Shown here: piece by piece, positions 28,401 to 38,681 of the stretch
Layout of the letters: every line of letters starts with the position of its first letter
How positions within the stretch are numbered: position 1 is the first letter of the stretch
DNA from: an uncultured Burkholderiales bacterium
GTDB lineage: Bacteria; Pseudomonadota; Gammaproteobacteria; Burkholderiales; Burkholderiaceae_C
DNA: 64,000 nt
NCBI GenBank assembly: GCA_903830725.1
Contig: CAIKVH010000101.1
Location: 2,043 to 66,042 of the forward strand
Reading direction: 5' to 3'
Made by a program: the position numbers and the translations under genes
The notes under the pieces: model-generated
Databases searched by the model: none
Told to the model about the DNA's origin: nothing
Seen by the model: only the letters and a program-made list of their open reading frames with translations

Positions 28401-29098
28401 TCCTCACTCCATTCGATAATCTTCACGGAATACTCGAGGGGGGATATGCCAACTTCTAAATTAGAATCTGGGGACTTTTCTTTTTTAGAAAAATAAGGCT
28501 TTAATTTTTGTAGCATATCCTTGGGAGAAGAACCCAGGCTTTTGTTCTCACTGATCTGAGCCAACTGCTCAGCGCTCAAGGGATAAATATATTTACGCCA
28601 ATACGTCTCAGCCGCCGACAGCTTTAATTTATAGGGATCGTCTGTAAGAGATTGATCAAAGAGACTTTTACTATCAAATGCGTGCTCCTTCAGCATGCGG
28701 GCACTCCAAGCGTGGATGGTAAATATGGCCGCCTCATCCATCCACTGCGCCGCAAGTTCTAGTGTTTTGGCGCATTGCCCCCACTGCGAGGGATCAAAGG
28801 CCCCTTTCAACTCTTTTTGAAAATCATCAATCTGCGGCGCATCAATTTCACCCATCTGAAAATACTGACCAACCTCAAAGAGCTGCTTTCTGATTCGACC
28901 TCGCAACTCTGCTGTTGCCATCTCCGTAAAAGTCATCACCAATATCTCTGGCGGCAGTAGCGGGCGAGAGATGCCGTGACCTAGTACTAAGCGGACGTAT
29001 AGCGCGCAAAGTGTCCAGGTTTTGCCGGTACCTGCTGACGCCTCGATGACTTGTAGGTGACTTAGAGGTAACCTAAGAGTTTCTAATCTTGCGGTCAT
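25445..29098 (-). CDS. recB: Exodeoxyribonuclease V beta subunit RecB
   Basis: EASAGTGKT, LVDEFQDTDP, IGDPKQAIYGFRGAD, TIHKSKGLEFP, nuclease GFMDLVF...LDYKSN. Confidence 0.96.
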   Translation of the reverse strand: MTARLETLRLPLSHLQVIEASAGTGKTWTLCALYVRLVLGHGISRPLLPPEILVMTFTEMATAELRGRIRKQLFEVGQYFQMGEIDAPQIDDFQKELKGAFDPSQWGQCAKTLELAAQWMDEAAIFTIHAWSARMLKEHAFDSKSLFDQSLTDDPYKLKLSAAETYWRKYIYPLSAEQLAQISENKSLGSSPKDMLQKLKPYFSKKEKSPDSNLEVGISPLEYSVKIIEWSEEFNKKREATKLQWNEEFVEKLKKIIKDVKNSNPTMSEEYTAGKVTPRLKKVMKCLEGMGEDLVVLKQFSASELKRNGVINADEYSELRHLDELVQCLTQKPLFDSILNHVTNEIQSIYDRTKSITGQFDFSDLLQNLYHAVNAEGSALATTIRAQYPVALVDEFQDTDPWQYGTLKKIYVDAPQKDSALIIIGDPKQAIYGFRGADLETYLKARNHEIGNIYTLPKNYRSTSQLISAVNHIFLNAQNPFKDVEFLEVDPGKEIAPLLVKDKGGGAKLKEQPAVTVWHSAANKPLNNTNYKKEMSAVFAAEMVALLNSRAAEPNEMAVLVRDVKEATAIRQALARLGVRSVYLSDKESVYATEEAFELRLILLAAANPKSTKNLRAAVSTRIWGLNFSQLEQLIHSEGQWDLLIEEFHRYQTIWQKQGLLPMLYRLIHDNSIAQKLLNSNSAEFYNGERVLTNLLHLGDLLQSVSLGLHGEAALIRYLEQQLNNPRSSGDASVVRLESEANLVRVLTIHKSKGLEFPLVFLPFISNFRTENKDSGRDDKSRIEEDIRLFYVAVTRAQKALWMGLAPVKDDFIKTSKTPRSAVSVLLQRQDAGDLVQSLSLWSKCGEISVLPAPIPVEEQYVPVLTAVNYKPARDPIQTITTNWWIASFSNITKGAAKSEEGAYAESSTSYDRFADAQVDSSANSPGSFPEDESQQYPLQPNTLKEGQDIGDAQAYESPYDALKSSSAFGVLLHDLLEWQFNQNWPLSSNSPNSSTPTDWMSLFESKSLKIGLSDTQQKLLLNWIGNIVNTEYVLELSNLPHLHRDKNFSLSSLLLSDLNSQNAWAEMSFTLPIGSMNVASLDAHITAHVLAKRDRPALQPKVMSGMLTGFMDLVFEAEGRYYVLDYKSNLLKTGYAGIDLEESILSHRYDVQYTLYLLALHRLLKSRLQGYDYDEHIGGAIYLYLRGVDSESQGIFVDRPPKELILSIDEAFKGVG

Positions 29099-32000
29099 GC
29101 AGCCTCCTCTGCGTGGCTTTTGACCAGGGCAAATTCAAGCATTTCAGAGTAGAGTCTTTGGCTGTAGTGGGGCAGTTCGTCCCTTAATTCGACGTAATCC
29201 AAAAAGGCTCTCATGAGATAGGGTGAGTCTTTACGCTCCCCAATGGGTCCGTTCCAACGAGGATTGGGAGGATCAAACTCTTCTTCGGCTAATTCATGAG
29301 GATCTTCAAGCTCCTGACCCTCTCCTTCTCCTTCTCCTCCTCCTTCTCCCTCTCCCTCTGCCTTACCATAGGCTTGAGCTTGAGCTTGAGCTTGAGCCTT
29401 GGCTGCCTCATTAAAAGACTGGCCAACCAACCAAGCCCACCCAGTCTTACAAGCAACGGGAATGGGGCGTAGCCAGGCCTCCTTGTAAACACTCACCAAC
29501 TTATTGAGAATTTGTATCGCTTGCTCAGCCCCCAAGGGGCTCATAACAATTTGGGCATCAGAGCCGATTTGAACACTTGTAATTGAGTAACCACTGGCAC
29601 ATAGGAATAAATGCTTCACCCATAACCGAGTGATAACGTTTGCCTTAGCGACTTGTATTTTTTTCTTGGTGTCGCATACCGCCCCAACACGACTCTCTAA
29701 CTGTAGGTAATGAACTTCGCTGTTATCAGCGCTGGGCTTAGATCTTAAATTGGTGAGGACTCCCTCCAAAGTCGTCCTCCCCAAATCCACAGATAAACTG
29801 ATGGGCAAGCACACACCGGGAAATTGATCGAACCACGCTTGCCTATGGGCAACAATGTCTTGGGACTTTGAGAGTAGGTCTTGTGAAATATTTTTCCCGC
29901 TCTCCTGCAGTGGAAGTTTTCCAGACAGTTTTAAGTTTTTTAAACCCATCTCCAAATCGCCAACATTGAGTAATTCGCTGGTGATGGAGTACTCCTCCAG
30001 TGCGTTCAACGCAAAGGGCTCAGAGTCGGCAGCCTCCTCCTCGAGTTTTGGCATGTAAATATTTAACCGCGATCTAAAAAACACCTCCACCGGATACCTG
30101 AGCAGACGTTGCAACTCAGAGAGGTTAAGTTTTTCAAGCTCAGGTTCTTCCCCTCGAAGATTTTGCTTCGAATTTTCAGCCACCTGCGCTTGCCTTTGGA
30201 TCTGCCAGTCTTTATCGTACGTAAAGAAATCACTTCCAAGTTCGAAGTATTGATTAGAAAAGGGCTGTAAGGGATAGTTAACAGGAACAACTTTGTTTGC
30301 AAACACTGAATTTAAGTAATCCATGAACTGAGCAACCACAACAGAGGGGGGCTTCTCTGAGTTATCTCGTACATCATGACCTTCCCAACTTATGTACAGT
30401 TTTTCTCTGGCGCAGATCAAGGCCTCTAAAAACAAATACCGATCATCCTCTCGCCTTGACCGGTCGCCTGTTCGCCAATGTTTCGCCATTAAGTCAAAAT
30501 CTCTGGACGAAGTTTGTCGCGGGAAGTCGCCGTCATTCATGCCCAACAAGCAAATGACTTTAAAGGGAATGGAGCGCATCGGCATAAGCGTTCCAAACTG
30601 CACGCCGCCACCAAAAAAGCGCTTTTGAAGACCAACATCACCGAGTTGACTTAACCAATAATCACGAACCACGTGCAAGGCAATGGCGCTGTCCAATCCG
30701 CAGCCCTTACAAATTAGCTCCCAATGTTCGAGGGGTTCAAATATTCTCTCCAATAGTCGTTCTTGAGCATCATCGCCACTTGCGTCAAAGAAGCTTTCTT
30801 TGACGCTCCTGAGGATCTTCACCCAATCACTCGGGGAGTGATCTTCGCGCAAAGAGGTATTGAGTGTTTCGACTGCATCAACCCAGGCGAGTAATTTACT
30901 CATGAGTGGTCCATCTAGTCCCCTGACTCCCCTAAATGCAAGCGTATTTGCCCAGACTTGGTTTTGTCCCAACGCATATCCTAGTAAGAGTCTACGAATG
31001 CCAAAGGCCCAAGTGTTTTGCTCTAAATCACTTAGCCCCGCGTCCATTGCGTGTTGAACCCTGTGCTTGCCGTCAAGTCCCCAGCGAATACCAGCGCCTT
31101 GGCACCAATCTTTCAGTTGAATGACTTCGTCACTGGACAACTCAAATTTCTTGCAAACCGCGTCCACTTCAAAAAGACTTAACCAATCGACCAAACTAAT
31201 TTTTAGGTTCGGTAGCGACAGCAGTTGAGTCAAGGCCTGAACAATAGGCGTTTCTTTGGGGGTGGTATCCGCAATCGAATACGGAATGTATCTTTTATCT
31301 CCTAACTTGAATCTCCCAAAGACAGCTCTAATGCGGGGCAAAAAGGCCTCCATATCGGGCACCATGACCATCACGTCTTGAGGTTTTATTCGCTGCGCAG
31401 GGCTGGTCACCGCGTTTGCATTTTGATCAAACCAGGAGTGAAGTTGATCGTGCAATATCTCAACCTCTCTTTGCGCGCTGTGTGCACTCACGAATTGAAT
31501 AGAGTCATCAAAATTGGTTTGTTCAAAATTTCCCTGTTCGTCAAAGCTCGCTGTTAGATTAAAAATGGAGGACTGAACAAGTGCGAGTTGAGTCGGTGGA
31601 ATGTCTTTGGTATCTCCTAACCCTTCTAGACCCTCCCGTGCTACTGGGTCTACAAAGACATCCACCTTCTTTAACTTATCTTTGTATGTATTGACGTTAT
31701 CAAAAATATCGAGCAAGTGAAAATAATCCCTTCCCTGCTTTCCCCATGAAGCCAACAAGGGTTGGGTGATCATATGGAGGTCGTTTGGATTTATCTTTTG
31801 TCTTCTGCGGTTCAACGCCCTAAGCATCTCGTTGCCATCTACGATATCTCCCCAATAATACTGACAGGGGTTTTGAACAAACATAAAGACTTGACAGATC
31901 TGCCCTAGCTTGGCAAACGCTTCAATCACTTGGGGTGGCAATGAGGAAATTCCAAAAATAACGACTCTATCTGGGATCCCTTTTGGTTTTTGTCCGCTCT

Positions 32001-32691
32001 TGTGATGGTGGGAAATGACGGCGTCCATCTTATTTAAAAACTGCGCGTGTACATTGGCTCTAGACGCATTTGCTAGGTCCGGGCCAATGTCCTCCCTCAA
32101 AGCTCGCCAAAGCTCGGATTGCCAAGTCTCCTCAGGCTTTAAGGGCATTGGCAACGCTGGCTTATCAAGGTAGGTATCACTGAGCAGTTGATCGTTACCT
32201 ACAGCCCAGTCCATTAACCAATCTGCTCGGTAGTTTTGATAGCCATCGAATACGTCCGCAATCTGGTTGGCCAGCTGATAAAGTCGACGGGTATCCGATA
32301 CATCTCCAATGTATCTTTTTAAGGGCTCAAATTTTTCTTTCTCAATTAGATGAGGCAAAATTTTATAGAGTCGCCAAATCAAATTCTTTTTATCAAAGGG
32401 CATCTGTACGGGAATATGCACATCCATGAGTATCGTTCTGTAGATACTCCACAAATAACTGCTCGGCAGCTCTATTCGTGTGGCAGCGCAAATACCAAAC
32501 GCCTCATCACTGGCAAGCGACATTTCTAGCCAGTGCTTCATGCCGTTGTTTTGCACCAAAATAATTTCTGGACTCAAAACACCAAGCCGGTAGGTTTTAA
32601 TTACATCGACAAGTAGTTCACGTAAATCCTCCAACCGGTTGCCATGCAAAACCATGAAACCGGGGGCAATAGGGGAAGCGTTCGAATTCAT
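29095..32691 (-). CDS. recC: Exodeoxyribonuclease V gamma subunit RecC
   Basis: HGNRLEDL, LASWGKQGRD, HSAQREVEILHD, MRSIPFKVICLLGMNDG, RSRREDDRYLFLEAL; 4-bp overlaps link recC-recB-recD. Confidence 0.96.
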   Translation of the reverse strand: MNSNASPIAPGFMVLHGNRLEDLRELLVDVIKTYRLGVLSPEIILVQNNGMKHWLEMSLASDEAFGICAATRIELPSSYLWSIYRTILMDVHIPVQMPFDKKNLIWRLYKILPHLIEKEKFEPLKRYIGDVSDTRRLYQLANQIADVFDGYQNYRADWLMDWAVGNDQLLSDTYLDKPALPMPLKPEETWQSELWRALREDIGPDLANASRANVHAQFLNKMDAVISHHHKSGQKPKGIPDRVVIFGISSLPPQVIEAFAKLGQICQVFMFVQNPCQYYWGDIVDGNEMLRALNRRRQKINPNDLHMITQPLLASWGKQGRDYFHLLDIFDNVNTYKDKLKKVDVFVDPVAREGLEGLGDTKDIPPTQLALVQSSIFNLTASFDEQGNFEQTNFDDSIQFVSAHSAQREVEILHDQLHSWFDQNANAVTSPAQRIKPQDVMVMVPDMEAFLPRIRAVFGRFKLGDKRYIPYSIADTTPKETPIVQALTQLLSLPNLKISLVDWLSLFEVDAVCKKFELSSDEVIQLKDWCQGAGIRWGLDGKHRVQHAMDAGLSDLEQNTWAFGIRRLLLGYALGQNQVWANTLAFRGVRGLDGPLMSKLLAWVDAVETLNTSLREDHSPSDWVKILRSVKESFFDASGDDAQERLLERIFEPLEHWELICKGCGLDSAIALHVVRDYWLSQLGDVGLQKRFFGGGVQFGTLMPMRSIPFKVICLLGMNDGDFPRQTSSRDFDLMAKHWRTGDRSRREDDRYLFLEALICAREKLYISWEGHDVRDNSEKPPSVVVAQFMDYLNSVFANKVVPVNYPLQPFSNQYFELGSDFFTYDKDWQIQRQAQVAENSKQNLRGEEPELEKLNLSELQRLLRYPVEVFFRSRLNIYMPKLEEEAADSEPFALNALEEYSITSELLNVGDLEMGLKNLKLSGKLPLQESGKNISQDLLSKSQDIVAHRQAWFDQFPGVCLPISLSVDLGRTTLEGVLTNLRSKPSADNSEVHYLQLESRVGAVCDTKKKIQVAKANVITRLWVKHLFLCASGYSITSVQIGSDAQIVMSPLGAEQAIQILNKLVSVYKEAWLRPIPVACKTGWAWLVGQSFNEAAKAQAQAQAQAYGKAEGEGEGGGEGEGEGQELEDPHELAEEEFDPPNPRWNGPIGERKDSPYLMRAFLDYVELRDELPHYSQRLYSEMLEFALVKSHAEEAA
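29321..29395. repeat. In-frame 6-bp tandem repeats in recC (encoding AQAQAQAQ and EGEGGGEGEGEG)
   Basis: GCTTGA x4 at 29372-29395 and TCTCC[T/C]-type hexamers at about 29321-29358. Confidence 0.9.
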
Positions 32692-32780
32692 TGAGAAGTT
32701 TTATTGAAACAGAAAAAGCTTAGTTCGATATTTGTAAATTTTTGAACATTAAGGTCTAATTCAACTGTACCCCATCTGTA

Positions 32781-32820
32781 GCTCATATCCGGCTCATATC
32801 CGGCTCATATCGAGCTCATC
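32781..32820. repeat. 11-bp tandem repeat, about 3.5 copies (GCTCATATCCG), upstream of recC
   Basis: GCTCATATCCG x2, GCTCATATCGA, GCTCATC. Confidence 0.9.
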
Positions 32821-32877
32821 TTTGGCTGATCAACTGCAGTTCACTAGCCCCCCTTCTTAGCTCCATCAAGTGGAGCA

Positions 32878-33786
32878 CTAAGAGGCTGCAAAGATACCCC
32901 CAACAATTAACACGAATGCTACGCCGTGGAAGATCTCTGGCCCCTCCCCCAAAAGCACACTCGACATGACTGCAGCAAAGAGGGGGGACAAGTTAGCAAA
33001 GAATCCCGCCACATTCGTGCCAGCTCGTTGAATACCCAAACCCCAACACCTGTAGGCAACAATTGATGGCCCAAGCGACACAAAAAGTAGCGCGGCCAAT
33101 AACCCCCAATTGAACTCAATATGTGCAGGCGTCAGACTCCACTCGCCGATTGTGAACATGGAACTCCACCCTAATCCCATTACCATTTGCGCCATTAAAA
33201 AGAGTTTCCAATCTCCTCGAATTTCGGGGGGATCCGCATGGGACCCCGATAAAAGCCAGCTATACCAAGACCAGGCACTGATTGCAATTAAGACATATAT
33301 ATCGCCTATGACCCAATGCAGTTTAAGGACTTGGCTGACATCTCCTCTACAAAGCACAAGCAAAACACCAGCGATAGACATGACCGCACCTAAACACTGA
33401 CGAAGCCTTAGTTTTTGTCCAAAAAACAGCACCCCAAGGGTCAGCATAACCACGGGGCCTATTGATCCCACCAAAGTCACGTTGATGGGCGATGAGGTAT
33501 GAAGTGCTAGGTACTGAAGACTATTGAAACTTCCTACCCCTAGAAGACCCAGTAATGCGTAACGTCTCCAGTACACCCACAGTAGACTACTGGGCAAAAG
33601 TAATTTATACGTAAATGGGAGTAGGAAGACAAATGCAAAAATCCATCTTAACGCGTTTAATGTGAGGGGCGGCACCCATTCACTCACGAGACGACCAACT
33701 ACAGCGTTACCCGCCCACAGCAGGGGCGGGAGAGTTAAAAGAGCAGCTGTATTGAGACTTATAGGGGGTTTAGGAGATGAATTCAA
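32878..33786 (-). CDS. DMT/EamA family transporter
   Basis: About 10 TM helices in two EamA repeats; LWAGNAVVGR, FANLSPLFAAV. Confidence 0.93.
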   Translation of the reverse strand: MNSSPKPPISLNTAALLTLPPLLWAGNAVVGRLVSEWVPPLTLNALRWIFAFVFLLPFTYKLLLPSSLLWVYWRRYALLGLLGVGSFNSLQYLALHTSSPINVTLVGSIGPVVMLTLGVLFFGQKLRLRQCLGAVMSIAGVLLVLCRGDVSQVLKLHWVIGDIYVLIAISAWSWYSWLLSGSHADPPEIRGDWKLFLMAQMVMGLGWSSMFTIGEWSLTPAHIEFNWGLLAALLFVSLGPSIVAYRCWGLGIQRAGTNVAGFFANLSPLFAAVMSSVLLGEGPEIFHGVAFVLIVGGIFAAS

Positions 33787-34047
33787 TGGCTTAGATGGGT
33801 TCTAGGGCTTAAAAACTGAGTAGGCTGCATGGGTAAAAAAGAACTACTTCCCCTGTGCACCTTAATTTGCGCATACACTGCACGGCTAAACTAGGATGCC
33901 ATCGAAATAAAGTTTATCTCCCCTTATTTCAAGTATAGACGTGAAAGCCTATAGGAGCCTTTAAATTGAGACAAAACACCTAGCGTAAATATTGAACAAA
34001 GAGCAATCGTAGCGAATTAAAAATCATTTTTAAACCAAGGAGTATTC

Positions 34048-35031
34048 ATGTCAAAAGCAGTCATTATCGAGAAAAACGGCGGTCCCGAGGAACTTAAAGT
34101 TGTTGACGTAACAGTGGGTGCGCCGGGCGAGGGTGAGATCAAAATCGCACACAAAGCGGTTGGACTCAATTACATCGATGTATATCAACGTGTTGGACTT
34201 TACCCGCTTGCTATGCCACTTCACATGGGTATGGAAGCATCGGGCATCGTCACCGCGGTTGGCGCCGGTGTGTCGCATTTGAAAGTCGGTGACCGCGCTG
34301 CTTATGCCAGTAACCCCCCTGGCAGTTACTGCGAAGAGCGCGTCATGCCTGCAAAGTGTGTCGTCAAATTACCCGACGCAATCTCTTTTGAGACCGGTGC
34401 GGCAATGATGCTGAAAGGCCTGACAGCTGAATACCTCCTCAAGCGTACTCTTCCTCAAGGTGGTTTGCACAAGGGCGACTTTATCCTCTTCCACGCTGCA
34501 GCGGGTGGTGTTGGTTTAATCGCCTCCCAGTGGGCTCGCGCGCTTGGGTATCAACTCATTGGAACAGCAGGAAGCGATGAGAAATGCGCACTTGCAAAAG
34601 CAAATGGCGCCGCATTCACGATTAATTACTCAAAAGAAGACTTCCTCGTTCGTGTTAAAGAAATCACGGGCGGCAAGGGCGTTAAAGTCGTTTATGACTC
34701 TGTGGGTAAGGACACTTGGGAGAAGTCTCTAGATTGCTTAGCGCCGCTAGGACTATTTGCAAGCTTTGGTAATGCCTCTGGACCCGTACCTAGCTTCTCT
34801 CCTGGTATCTTGGCTGGCAAAGGCTCGTTGTACATGACCCGTCAAACTCTCTTCACTCACCTTGCTACGCGTGAAAGCACGCAAGAAATGGCGGACGATT
34901 TGTTTGATGCAGTGATCACGGGTAAGGTAAAAATCCAAATCGATCAGACCTACAAGCTTGAGAATGTTAAACAAGCCCATATCGATTTAGAAGCCAGAAA
35001 GACAACAGGATGTACGATCCTAACGCTGTGA
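34048..35031 (+). CDS. qor: NADPH:quinone oxidoreductase (zeta-crystallin family)
   Basis: GGPEEL, VGLNYID, GMEASG, HAAAGGVG, YDSVGKDT, RKTTG. Confidence 0.93.
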   Translation: MSKAVIIEKNGGPEELKVVDVTVGAPGEGEIKIAHKAVGLNYIDVYQRVGLYPLAMPLHMGMEASGIVTAVGAGVSHLKVGDRAAYASNPPGSYCEERVMPAKCVVKLPDAISFETGAAMMLKGLTAEYLLKRTLPQGGLHKGDFILFHAAAGGVGLIASQWARALGYQLIGTAGSDEKCALAKANGAAFTINYSKEDFLVRVKEITGGKGVKVVYDSVGKDTWEKSLDCLAPLGLFASFGNASGPVPSFSPGILAGKGSLYMTRQTLFTHLATRESTQEMADDLFDAVITGKVKIQIDQTYKLENVKQAHIDLEARKTTGCTILTL

Positions 35032-35057
35032 TCGATTAAAACGAACCGTTTTTAGAG

Positions 35058-35088
35058 AAGGGTTTAGGTCAGTGTGGTCTAAACCCTT
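35058..35088. terminator. Probable bidirectional intrinsic terminator between convergent qor and lspA
   Basis: Perfect 10-bp stem AAGGGTTTAG / CTAAACCCTT with an 11-nt loop. Confidence 0.6.
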
Positions 35089-35108
35089 ATTTGTTAAAGT
35101 TAGTTTCT

Positions 35109-35612
35109 TTATTTCTTCGCTTGTCTGACCCGCAACAACTCATCTAGCAATAAACAAATCGCTCCAAGTGTGATTGCGCTGTCTGCCAAATTAAATGCTG
35201 GAAAATGCCAGTCGCCCGTATAAAAATCTAAAAAATCAACGACGTACCCATACATTACTCTGTCAAGTACATTCCCAAGCGCCCCGCCTAAAATAAAGGC
35301 TAGTGCAAAGCTAAAAAGTTTTTGGCTCGCATTCGACTTGATGAGTGCAGTGATGAATACGGCAGCCAACAGCCCAATCGCTGTAAATAACCACCGCTGC
35401 CAACCGTCTGCGGATGCCATAAACGAGAACGCAGCGCCCGGGTTATGCACTCTCACAATATTAAAGTAGTTCTCTAAAACCACCCGACCGTCCCCTAAGC
35501 GAAAGTAACTCAGAATCAGCGATTTTGAGATTTGGTCACACAAGAAAACGATTGCGGCGATACAGAGCCACAAAATAAATCTCCTTGAGGGTGCAGACAG
35601 GTTAAAAGCCAT
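35109..35612 (-). CDS. lspA: Signal peptidase II
   Basis: [34 protein letters not shown]. Confidence 0.97.
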   Translation of the reverse strand: MAFNLSAPSRRFILWLCIAAIVFLCDQISKSLILSYFRLGDGRVVLENYFNIVRVHNPGAAFSFMASADGWQRWLFTAIGLLAAVFITALIKSNASQKLFSFALAFILGGALGNVLDRVMYGYVVDFLDFYTGDWHFPAFNLADSAITLGAICLLLDELLRVRQAKK

Positions 35613-35637
35613 TCAGAAAATCCATCACAGTTCTTTA

Positions 35638-38568
35638 TTACGCAAACAATCTAAGCTCGCCCTGACCAAAGAGGTTACTCACGCAACGTTTGCAAAGCGT
35701 TGCATACTTTGGCTCCGAACCCACATCTTCAGCGTAGTGCCAACAACGTGCGCATTTCTCGGCCGTCATAACACCCACCTGGATTTGCTCCTGTGTGCCC
35801 ACTTGCAGGGAGGCGATAGAGGTAATAAAAACAAACTTCAAATCAGCCCCTAATGTGCTGAGCAATTCGTAATCAGCTTGCTTGAGCGTTAAATTGAGTT
35901 TGGCTTGCAAGGAGGAGCCAACGCCACCACTGCTTCTGAGCACTTCAATTTCTTTGTTCGCCTGCTCCCGGATATCTTTAATACGCTGCCACTTGTCAAG
36001 CAACTCCGTGTTAACGGGTGGGAGCTTAGAGTAGGTCTCAGTAAAGATAGAGGTCTTGTCTTTGCCGGTCTCTAAAACACCCCAAGCCTCCTCTGCTGTG
36101 AAGGATAAGAACGGCGCCATCCACCTCAGCATCGCTTGGGTGATGTGATACAAAACGGTTTGAGCGCTGCGCCTGGCTAAGGATTTGGGTGCGCTCGTGT
36201 ACAAACGGTCTTTTAAGATGTCTAAATAAAATGCGCCCAAATCTTCAGAACAAAAAATCTGAATCTTATTAACGACGGGGTGAAACTCATAGACTCCGTA
36301 GTGCCCGCCCTCGAACACATTTTTCTCGGGATTGAAAACTCCAACTATTTGCTCTTGAAGTTGCTGCACTCGCGAGAGCGCGTATCGATCGATTTCCAAA
36401 AGATCTTTGAACTCGACAGCTTCCCCCTTGAAATCAAAGTCACTGATATTGGCCATTAAAAAGCGCAGGGTGTTTCTAATACGACGATAAGAATCCACAA
36501 CCCTTGCCAAAATTTTGTCATCAATATTTAAATCGCCTGAGTAATCCGTTGCAGCAACCCAAAGCCTAACGATCTCTGCGCCTAGTTTACCGATGACCTC
36601 TTGAGGAGCAACGGTATTACCAAGACTCTTACTCATTTTTCGACCTTGACCATCGGTTGCAAATCCGTGAGTCAACAGGCCTTTATAAGGGGCTCGGTCA
36701 TATAGGGCGCATCCCAGTAGGAGAGAGCTGTGAAACCAGCCCCTGTGTTGGTCGTGACCCTCTAAGTACAGATCCGTCTCTGGACCTTCGTCGTGAAAGG
36801 GGTTTCGGGGATAGGCATTCGCATGTGAGCCTCTCAGAACATGCTCAAACGTAGATCCCGAGTCAAACCAAACTTCTAAAATATCTGTGCTCTTTGCGTA
36901 TTCGCTGACCTGACCACCAAACACGCCCACAATTTCGTCCAGTGTTGTTCGGCTCCAGGCCTCGACACCGCCTTGCTCAACCTTTGCTGCAGCAAAATCA
37001 ATAATCTCAAGTGTTTTGGGATGAAGGGCACCTGAATCGACATGAATGAGAAAGGGAATAGGAACGCCCCAACTGCGTTGACGAGAAATACACCAGTCGG
37101 GCCGGTTGGCGATCATGTCACGCAAACGGGTGCGCCCATTTTCAGGATAGAAATGGGTTTGATCAATTGCGTGTAAAGCAGTTTCGCGCAGTGACTTGGG
37201 CGCCTTATGTTTTGTAAAAATACCCTGAGTTGACTCTGTCTCTGCGTCCATACGGATGAACCACTGCGCCGCTGCCCTGTAGATCACAGGCGTCTTGTGA
37301 CGCCAGCAATGGGGGTAGCTGTGCGTGATCGTTTTAGTAGCCATCAAACGACTTGCGTTCCTTAAGGTCTCCAAAATGATAGGCACTGCTTTCCAAATAT
37401 GTTGCCCCCCAAAGAGAGCAAAATCACTTGCATAAGTTCCCCCCCCTTGGACTGGGTTCAAGATTTCTTTGATTTGCATGCCGTGGGAAACACAAGAGTT
37501 AAAGTCGTCCACGCCGTATGCAGGCGCAGAGTGCACCAATCCTGTTCCCTCCGTTGCTGTTGCGTAGTCAGCCAGGTAAATAGGCGCACAACGATCATAA
37601 GCCGCATCGACTTTGCTTAAAGGGTGATGAAACTCGATCATGTCAAGTTTTGCACCCAATGCAGTCGCAACAGTTTTACCCTCTAGACCCCAACGCTCTA
37701 AACAAGACTCAACCAAATTCTCAGCCGCGATGTACAAACCCTGCTGTGTATCAACCAATGCATAGGTGATTTCAGGATTTAAATTGATAGCCTGGTTCGC
37801 TGGGATTGTCCAAGCCGTTGTTGTCCAAATGACTGCAAAGGCTTCTTTTGTAATTGAACTCAAACCAAAAGCTTTTGCAAGGAGTTCAGGTTGAGCGCAG
37901 AGGAAGGCGACGTCTAGTGTTTCACTTTTCTTCTCTGCGTATTCAATCTCAAACTCTGCAAGTGAGGAGGCACAGTCAAAGCACCAATAAACGGGCTTTA
38001 AACCGCGGTAAACAAATCCGCGTTCGATCACTTTTTTGAACGCCCGCAACTCTCCCGCCTCGTTCACGTAGTCCATCGTTCTATAGGGTCGTTCCCAGTC
38101 CCCTAAAACACCGAGGCGTCTGAAATCTTCTTTTTGCTGCGCAATTTGCTCGCCCGCATAGGCTCTTGCCTGCTCTTGCATTTCGTCGCGGTTTAGTTTT
38201 GTTTTACGAAGTTTCTCAATTGCATTCTCAATGGGCAGACCATGACAATCCCAACCCGGGATGTACTGAGCGTCAAAGCCTGCCAATTGGCGAGACTTGA
38301 CAATCATGTCCTTCAAAACTTTATTAAGCGCGTGTCCAATATGGATTTGACCGTTGGCATAGGGGGGGCCATCGTGCAAAACGAACAACGGAGCCCCAAC
38401 TCTTGCCACTCTGAGTCTTTGATAAAGCCCGTCATCGGTCCACTCTTTTACCCATGCCCCCTCTCGCTTGGGAAGATCGCCGCGCATTGGAAACGCAGTG
38501 TCTGGCAAATTCAGTGACTTGCGGTAATCTGTGGTGGGCTCAGTAGAGGGGTTGTTGGAGTCTGTCAT
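35638..38568 (-). CDS. ileS: Isoleucine-tRNA ligase (type 1)
   Basis: [24 protein letters not shown]-terminal Zn finger CARCW...CKRC. Confidence 0.98.
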   Translation of the reverse strand: MTDSNNPSTEPTTDYRKSLNLPDTAFPMRGDLPKREGAWVKEWTDDGLYQRLRVARVGAPLFVLHDGPPYANGQIHIGHALNKVLKDMIVKSRQLAGFDAQYIPGWDCHGLPIENAIEKLRKTKLNRDEMQEQARAYAGEQIAQQKEDFRRLGVLGDWERPYRTMDYVNEAGELRAFKKVIERGFVYRGLKPVYWCFDCASSLAEFEIEYAEKKSETLDVAFLCAQPELLAKAFGLSSITKEAFAVIWTTTAWTIPANQAINLNPEITYALVDTQQGLYIAAENLVESCLERWGLEGKTVATALGAKLDMIEFHHPLSKVDAAYDRCAPIYLADYATATEGTGLVHSAPAYGVDDFNSCVSHGMQIKEILNPVQGGGTYASDFALFGGQHIWKAVPIILETLRNASRLMATKTITHSYPHCWRHKTPVIYRAAAQWFIRMDAETESTQGIFTKHKAPKSLRETALHAIDQTHFYPENGRTRLRDMIANRPDWCISRQRSWGVPIPFLIHVDSGALHPKTLEIIDFAAAKVEQGGVEAWSRTTLDEIVGVFGGQVSEYAKSTDILEVWFDSGSTFEHVLRGSHANAYPRNPFHDEGPETDLYLEGHDQHRGWFHSSLLLGCALYDRAPYKGLLTHGFATDGQGRKMSKSLGNTVAPQEVIGKLGAEIVRLWVAATDYSGDLNIDDKILARVVDSYRRIRNTLRFLMANISDFDFKGEAVEFKDLLEIDRYALSRVQQLQEQIVGVFNPEKNVFEGGHYGVYEFHPVVNKIQIFCSEDLGAFYLDILKDRLYTSAPKSLARRSAQTVLYHITQAMLRWMAPFLSFTAEEAWGVLETGKDKTSIFTETYSKLPPVNTELLDKWQRIKDIREQANKEIEVLRSSGGVGSSLQAKLNLTLKQADYELLSTLGADLKFVFITSIASLQVGTQEQIQVGVMTAEKCARCWHYAEDVGSEPKYATLCKRCVSNLFGQGELRLFA

Positions 38569-38681
38569 AAATATCGATTGCGGCGCGCCTGCATTGTGCT
38601 TGGAATACTCGAGGCTTTTTAAGGCGTGTAAGGAGTGTTAAGGCGTTATTGGTTTTTAGTAAGAGAGTGATTTTAGTCGAG

